From contig NC_000962.3 in the NCBI RefSeq assembly GCF_000195955.2, positions 4,110,001-4,142,000 on the forward strand: a stretch of DNA of 32,000 nt. Reading direction: 5' to 3'. Origin of the DNA: Mycobacterium tuberculosis H37Rv (GTDB lineage: Bacteria; Actinomycetota; Actinomycetes; Mycobacteriales; Mycobacteriaceae). The notes beneath the pieces were generated by a model. The model saw only the letters and a program-made list of their open reading frames with translations, ran no database searches and had not been told where the DNA came from. Made by a program: the position numbers and the translations under genes. Of this stretch, positions 28,202 to 32,000 are shown piece by piece (positions within the stretch are counted from its first letter, which is position 1; each line of letters starts with the position of its first letter).

Positions 28202-29755
28202 CTAGGACACGTCAACCCAATCCAGGGTCCGCTGCACCGCCTTGCGCCAGCCGGCATAACCCGCGGCACGCTCGTCGTCGTCCCACGTCGGTGTCCACCG
28301 CTTGTCCTCTCGCCAGTTGGCCCGCAGATCGGACGGAGCCGCCCAGAACCCGACCGCCAAGCCCGCCGCGTAGGCCACACCTAGTGCGGTGGTCTCGGCG
28401 ACCACCGGCCGCACCACATCCACACCCAACACGTCGGCCTGGATCTGCATACACAGGTCGTTGCCGGTGATCCCGCCATCCACCTTCAACACCTGCAGGC
28501 GAACACCGGAGTCTGCTTCCATGGCGTCCACCACATCGCGGCTCTGGTAGCAGATCGCCTCCAGCGTTGCGCGCGCCAGGTGCGCGTTGGTGTTGAACCG
28601 CGACAACCCGACGATCGCGCCGCGCGCATCGGACCGCCAGTATGGCGCGAACAGCCCGGAAAACGCCGGCACGAAATACATGCCGCCGTTGTCGGGGACC
28701 TGGCGGGCCAGCGCCTCACTCTGTGCGGCGCCGCTGATGATGCCCAGCTGATCGCGTAGCCACTGCACCGCCGAGCCGGTCACCGCGATCGAACCTTCAA
28801 GCGCGTACACGGGTTTAGCGTTCCCGAATTGGTAGCACACCGTGGTTAGCAGGCCGTTATTCGATCGCACGATCGTTTCACCGGTGTTCAGCAGCAGAAA
28901 ATTGCCGGTCCCATAGGTGTTTTTCGCCTCCCCTGGGGCCAGACAGACTTGACCGACCATGGCCGCATGCTGATCACCGAGAACTCCGGTGATCGGCACC
29001 TCACCGCCGACAGGCCCGGTCGCCAGCGTGACACCGTAAGGCTCCGACGGCGCCGACGATGCGATCTCGGGCAGCATGGCCCGAGGTATCGAAAACAACG
29101 ACAACAGCTCGTCGTCCCAGTCCAGCGTCTCTAGATCCATCAACATGGTCCGGCTGGCGTTGGTTACATCGGTGACATGCACACCCCCCCGCGGCCCGCC
29201 GGTCAGATTCCACAACACCCAGGTGTCCGGTGTGCCGAACAATGCGTCGCCGTTCTCGGCGGCCGCGCGGACTCCATCGACATTTTCCAGGATCCACTGC
29301 AGCTTGCCGCCAGAGAAATAAGTTGCCGGCGGCAGGCCCGCCTTGCGGCGGATCAGGTTTCCACGACCGTCTCGATCCAGCGCCGACGCGATGCGGTCGG
29401 TGCGGGTATCCTGCCATACAATCGCGTTGTAGTAGGGCCGTCCGGTGTGCCGATTCCATACCAGCGTCGTCTCACGTTGGTTGGTAATCCCCAACGCGGC
29501 AATATCTTTCGGCGATAGGTTGGTGGCGTTGAGCACCGAGATCAACACCGACGCGGTGCGCTCCCAGATCTCGACCGGGTTGTGCTCCACCCAGCCGGCC
29601 CGGGGCAGGATCTGCTCGTGCTCGAGCTGGTGGCGGGCCACCTCGGCACCGTGGTGATCGAAGATCATGCAGCGGGTGCTGGTGGTGCCCTGGTCGATGG
29701 CGGCTATGAAATCCGAGGACTCGGCCAATTGCTCTCCTAGGATGGCGTCGGACAC
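28202..29755 (-). CDS. glpK: Glycerol kinase
   Basis: [21 protein letters not shown] and [27 protein letters not shown] at 29755 gives 517 aa; maximal ORF to 29782. Confidence 0.96.
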   Translation of the reverse strand: MSDAILGEQLAESSDFIAAIDQGTTSTRCMIFDHHGAEVARHQLEHEQILPRAGWVEHNPVEIWERTASVLISVLNATNLSPKDIAALGITNQRETTLVWNRHTGRPYYNAIVWQDTRTDRIASALDRDGRGNLIRRKAGLPPATYFSGGKLQWILENVDGVRAAAENGDALFGTPDTWVLWNLTGGPRGGVHVTDVTNASRTMLMDLETLDWDDELLSLFSIPRAMLPEIASSAPSEPYGVTLATGPVGGEVPITGVLGDQHAAMVGQVCLAPGEAKNTYGTGNFLLLNTGETIVRSNNGLLTTVCYQFGNAKPVYALEGSIAVTGSAVQWLRDQLGIISGAAQSEALARQVPDNGGMYFVPAFSGLFAPYWRSDARGAIVGLSRFNTNAHLARATLEAICYQSRDVVDAMEADSGVRLQVLKVDGGITGNDLCMQIQADVLGVDVVRPVVAETTALGVAYAAGLAVGFWAAPSDLRANWREDKRWTPTWDDDERAAGYAGWRKAVQRTLDWVDVS

Positions 29756-29804
29756 TGCATGTAATCGTCCATGATGGTCCACCGCAGCGGCGGGTCCGAC
29801 GCCG

Positions 29805-30242
29805 TCAGCCGGAGAAGGGGTCGCGAATTCTAATGCCCTCGAACTTGCGGAAGTCGCGGTCGTGACTCCAGATCGTGGCGATGCCGTGATGGCGCATGAG
29901 CGCGACGAGGTGGGCGTCGGGAACCAGATTGCCTCGCGGCTTGACCGGGTCGGCTACTCGCCGATAGACGGGCCAGAATCCGTTGGCCTCGCCGACCTGC
30001 CGCACGTGCGGTCGTGAGGTGAATTGCTCGATGTTTTCGACGGCGACCTCAGGCGCCAGCGGCGCACCCAACAACGTCGGATGGGTGACAACCCGTAGAT
30101 AACCCAGCGCGACGGGCCACAATAGATATACCAGCCCTGGCCCAGCCAGGAATCGCTCAACGAGCGTCTTCGCCTTATCGTGAAACGGGCTGGCTCGGTG
30201 CGTCGCATGGACCAGAACATCGACGTCAAAGGTTTCGCTCAC
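29805..30242 (-). CDS. vapC48: PIN-domain toxin VapC48
   Basis: [15 protein letters not shown]...[29 protein letters not shown] acidic PIN motifs. Overlaps the antitoxin stop. Confidence 0.9.
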   Translation of the reverse strand: MSETFDVDVLVHATHRASPFHDKAKTLVERFLAGPGLVYLLWPVALGYLRVVTHPTLLGAPLAPEVAVENIEQFTSRPHVRQVGEANGFWPVYRRVADPVKPRGNLVPDAHLVALMRHHGIATIWSHDRDFRKFEGIRIRDPFSG

Positions 30243-30463
30243 CCACGGTCCAAAATCGCCCAAACAGCGTCCTTGTCGTCAAGATCCACACGGGGCCGCA
30301 AGTCGGCAGTCGACCAGCGGATGTCAACGTTTGGAGGAGGCTCGGCCGCCAGAGCTTGCGCAAGCAATTCGGAGGCGAGCTGCCCTAACGTTTTGCGCTC
30401 CTCGCGCTGGCGTCGTTTCAACGCCCGCAGTATGTCGTCATCGAGGTCGATCGTAGTGCGCAT
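30239..30463 (-). CDS. vapB48: Antitoxin VapB48
   Basis: MRTTIDLDDDILRALKRRQREERKTLGQLASELLAQAL, RHH-type antitoxin, 74 aa. Confidence 0.92.
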   Translation of the reverse strand: MRTTIDLDDDILRALKRRQREERKTLGQLASELLAQALAAEPPPNVDIRWSTADLRPRVDLDDKDAVWAILDRG

Positions 30464-30464
30464 A

Positions 30465-30495
30465 CATCAGATGCTAACTCGATATGCATCTGATG
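30465..30495. promoter_or_regulatory. Perfect inverted repeat CATCAGATGC-N11-GCATCTGATG, candidate VapBC48 operator
   Basis: Arms at 30465-30474 and 30486-30495, directly upstream of the vapB48 start (30463). Confidence 0.7.
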
Positions 30496-30549
30496 CGAAC
30501 GATCTCACCCTTCTTGCGCTGCCGGCACGAAACCTGTTGCATCAGCAAT

Positions 30550-32000
30550 GTGGGCGAAGAGGTAACGCGCACCACATATAGCCGCGAACATCAGCGCGAG
30601 TACCGGCGCAAGGTGCGGCTGTGCTTGGACGTCTTCGAGACCATGCTTGCGCAGACCAGGTTCGAGGCCGACCGGCCACTCACCGGCATGGAGATCGAAT
30701 GCAACCTCGTCGACGCCGACTACCAGCCGGCCATGTCGAACCGCTATGTGCTGGATGCCATCGCCGACCCGGCGTACCAGACCGAATTAGGCGCTTACAA
30801 CATCGAATTCAATGTTCCGCCTCGCCCGCTACCGGGACGCACTTGCCTAGAGCTGGAGGACGAAGTCCGCGCCAGCCTCAACGATGCCGAGACCAAGGCC
30901 AGCTGCAGCGGAGCTCACATCGTGATGATCGGCATCTTGCCCACACTGATGCCAGAGCATCTGACCGACGGCTGGATGAGCGCATCAGCGCGTTATGCGG
31001 CTCTCAACGAGTCGATTTTCAAGGCCCGCGGCGAGGATATCCCCATCAACATCGCCGGCCCGGAACCGCTGAGCTGCCATGCCGGATCCATCGCACCCGA
31101 ATCCGCTTGCACCAGTGTGCAATTACATTTGCAGCTAGCACCGGCGGATTTTCCGGCTAACTGGAATGCGGCTCAGGTACTGGCCGGACCGCAGTTAGCA
31201 CTAGGTGCCAACTCGCCCTATTTCTTCGGCCACCAGCTGTGGTCGGAAACCCGCATCGAGCTGTTCACACAGTCCACTGATGCCCGTCCCGAGGAGCTGA
31301 AATCGCGAGGGGTGCGCCCCCGGGTATGGTTTGGCGAACGCTGGATCACCTCCGTCCTCGACTTGTTTCAGGAAAACATCCGCTACTTCCCCACCCTGCT
31401 ACCCGAGGTGTCCGACGAGGACCCCCTCGCAGAGCTTTCGGCTGGACGCATCCCACACCTGTCCGAATTGCGGCTGCATAACGGCACGGTGTACCGGTGG
31501 AACCGGCCGGTGTACGACGTGGTCGACGGGCGCCCGCATCTGCGGCTGGAGAACCGGGTGCTACCCGCCGGGCCGACGGTCGTTGACATGCTGGCGAATC
31601 ATGCCTTCTACTACGGCGCACTACGCGGTCTGTCCGAGGCCGACCCCCCATTGTGGACGCAGATGAATTTCGCTGCGGCACAAGCGAATTTCCTGGCAGC
31701 CGCCAGGTACGGCATGGACGCCCAGTTGGATTGGCCGGGCTTGGGCGAGGTGACGACGCGGGAGTTGGTGTTGGGCACGTTGTTGCCAATGGCACACGAG
31801 GGACTGCGGCGGTGGGGTGTCGACGCGGAGGTACGCGACCGGTTCCTGGGTGTCATCGGCGGTCGCGCCCAGACCGGCCGCAACGGCGCGCGCTGGCAGG
31901 TCGCCACCGTGGCGGCCCTACAAGACGGCGGGCTGACCCGGCCCGCGGCACTGGCTGAGATGCTGCGCCGGTACTGCGAGCACATGCACAGCAACGAACC
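30550..32000 (+). CDS. GCS2-family (glutamate-cysteine ligase-like) protein, Rv3698-like; runs off right edge
   Basis: GTG at 30550 opens MGEEVTRTTYSREHQREYRRKVRLCLDVFETMLAQTRFEADRPLTGMEIECNLVDADYQPAMSNRYVLDAIADPAYQTELGAYNIEFNVPPRPLPG and stays open to the window end. Absent from the track because it has no stop. Confidence 0.88.
   Translation, partial: MGEEVTRTTYSREHQREYRRKVRLCLDVFETMLAQTRFEADRPLTGMEIECNLVDADYQPAMSNRYVLDAIADPAYQTELGAYNIEFNVPPRPLPGRTCLELEDEVRASLNDAETKASCSGAHIVMIGILPTLMPEHLTDGWMSASARYAALNESIFKARGEDIPINIAGPEPLSCHAGSIAPESACTSVQLHLQLAPADFPANWNAAQVLAGPQLALGANSPYFFGHQLWSETRIELFTQSTDARPEELKSRGVRPRVWFGERWITSVLDLFQENIRYFPTLLPEVSDEDPLAELSAGRIPHLSELRLHNGTVYRWNRPVYDVVDGRPHLRLENRVLPAGPTVVDMLANHAFYYGALRGLSEADPPLWTQMNFAAAQANFLAAARYGMDAQLDWPGLGEVTTRELVLGTLLPMAHEGLRRWGVDAEVRDRFLGVIGGRAQTGRNGARWQVATVAALQDGGLTRPAALAEMLRRYCEHMHSNE

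Overview
The window is high-GC actinobacterial chromosome. Gene content and order match the Mycobacterium tuberculosis complex core genome, roughly the Rv3668c-Rv3698 block. This assignment comes from recognising the proteins; no database search was run. It encodes: a secreted serine protease (partial), a holin-like/DUF1469 membrane protein, ephE, marP, a Nudix hydrolase, a TlpA/thioredoxin-like protein, nth, crp, an MBL-fold hydrolase, a RidA-like protein, a small DUF4177-like ORF absent from the supplied track, a paired Get3/ArsA-like ATPase locus, whiB4, ponA2, a metallophosphoesterase, cds1, tRNA-Pro(CGG), cyp137, rsfB, a YqeY/GatB-like protein, a MoxR/DUF58/SpoIIM/RDD/DUF4129/DUF4350 cluster, glpK, vapBC48, and a GCS2-like ORF running off the right edge and missing from the track. 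I do not see a clearly new intact system. The most interesting signals are: (1) a decayed Fic-family gene between tRNA-Pro and cyp137, spread over two frames with a stop, a frameshift, an internal deletion and a 3' truncation; (2) a 57-bp tandem repeat laid over the stop codon of the second ATPase gene, sharing its core with a repeat upstream of the Rv3669-like gene; (3) a C/G-rich mobile-looking motif that feeds into the apparent N-termini of two ORFs; (4) the in-frame 7-C tract in glpK; (5) a 10-bp-arm perfect palindrome just upstream of vapB48; (6) imperfect stem-loops between convergent genes; (7) the poorly characterised MoxR2 cluster.
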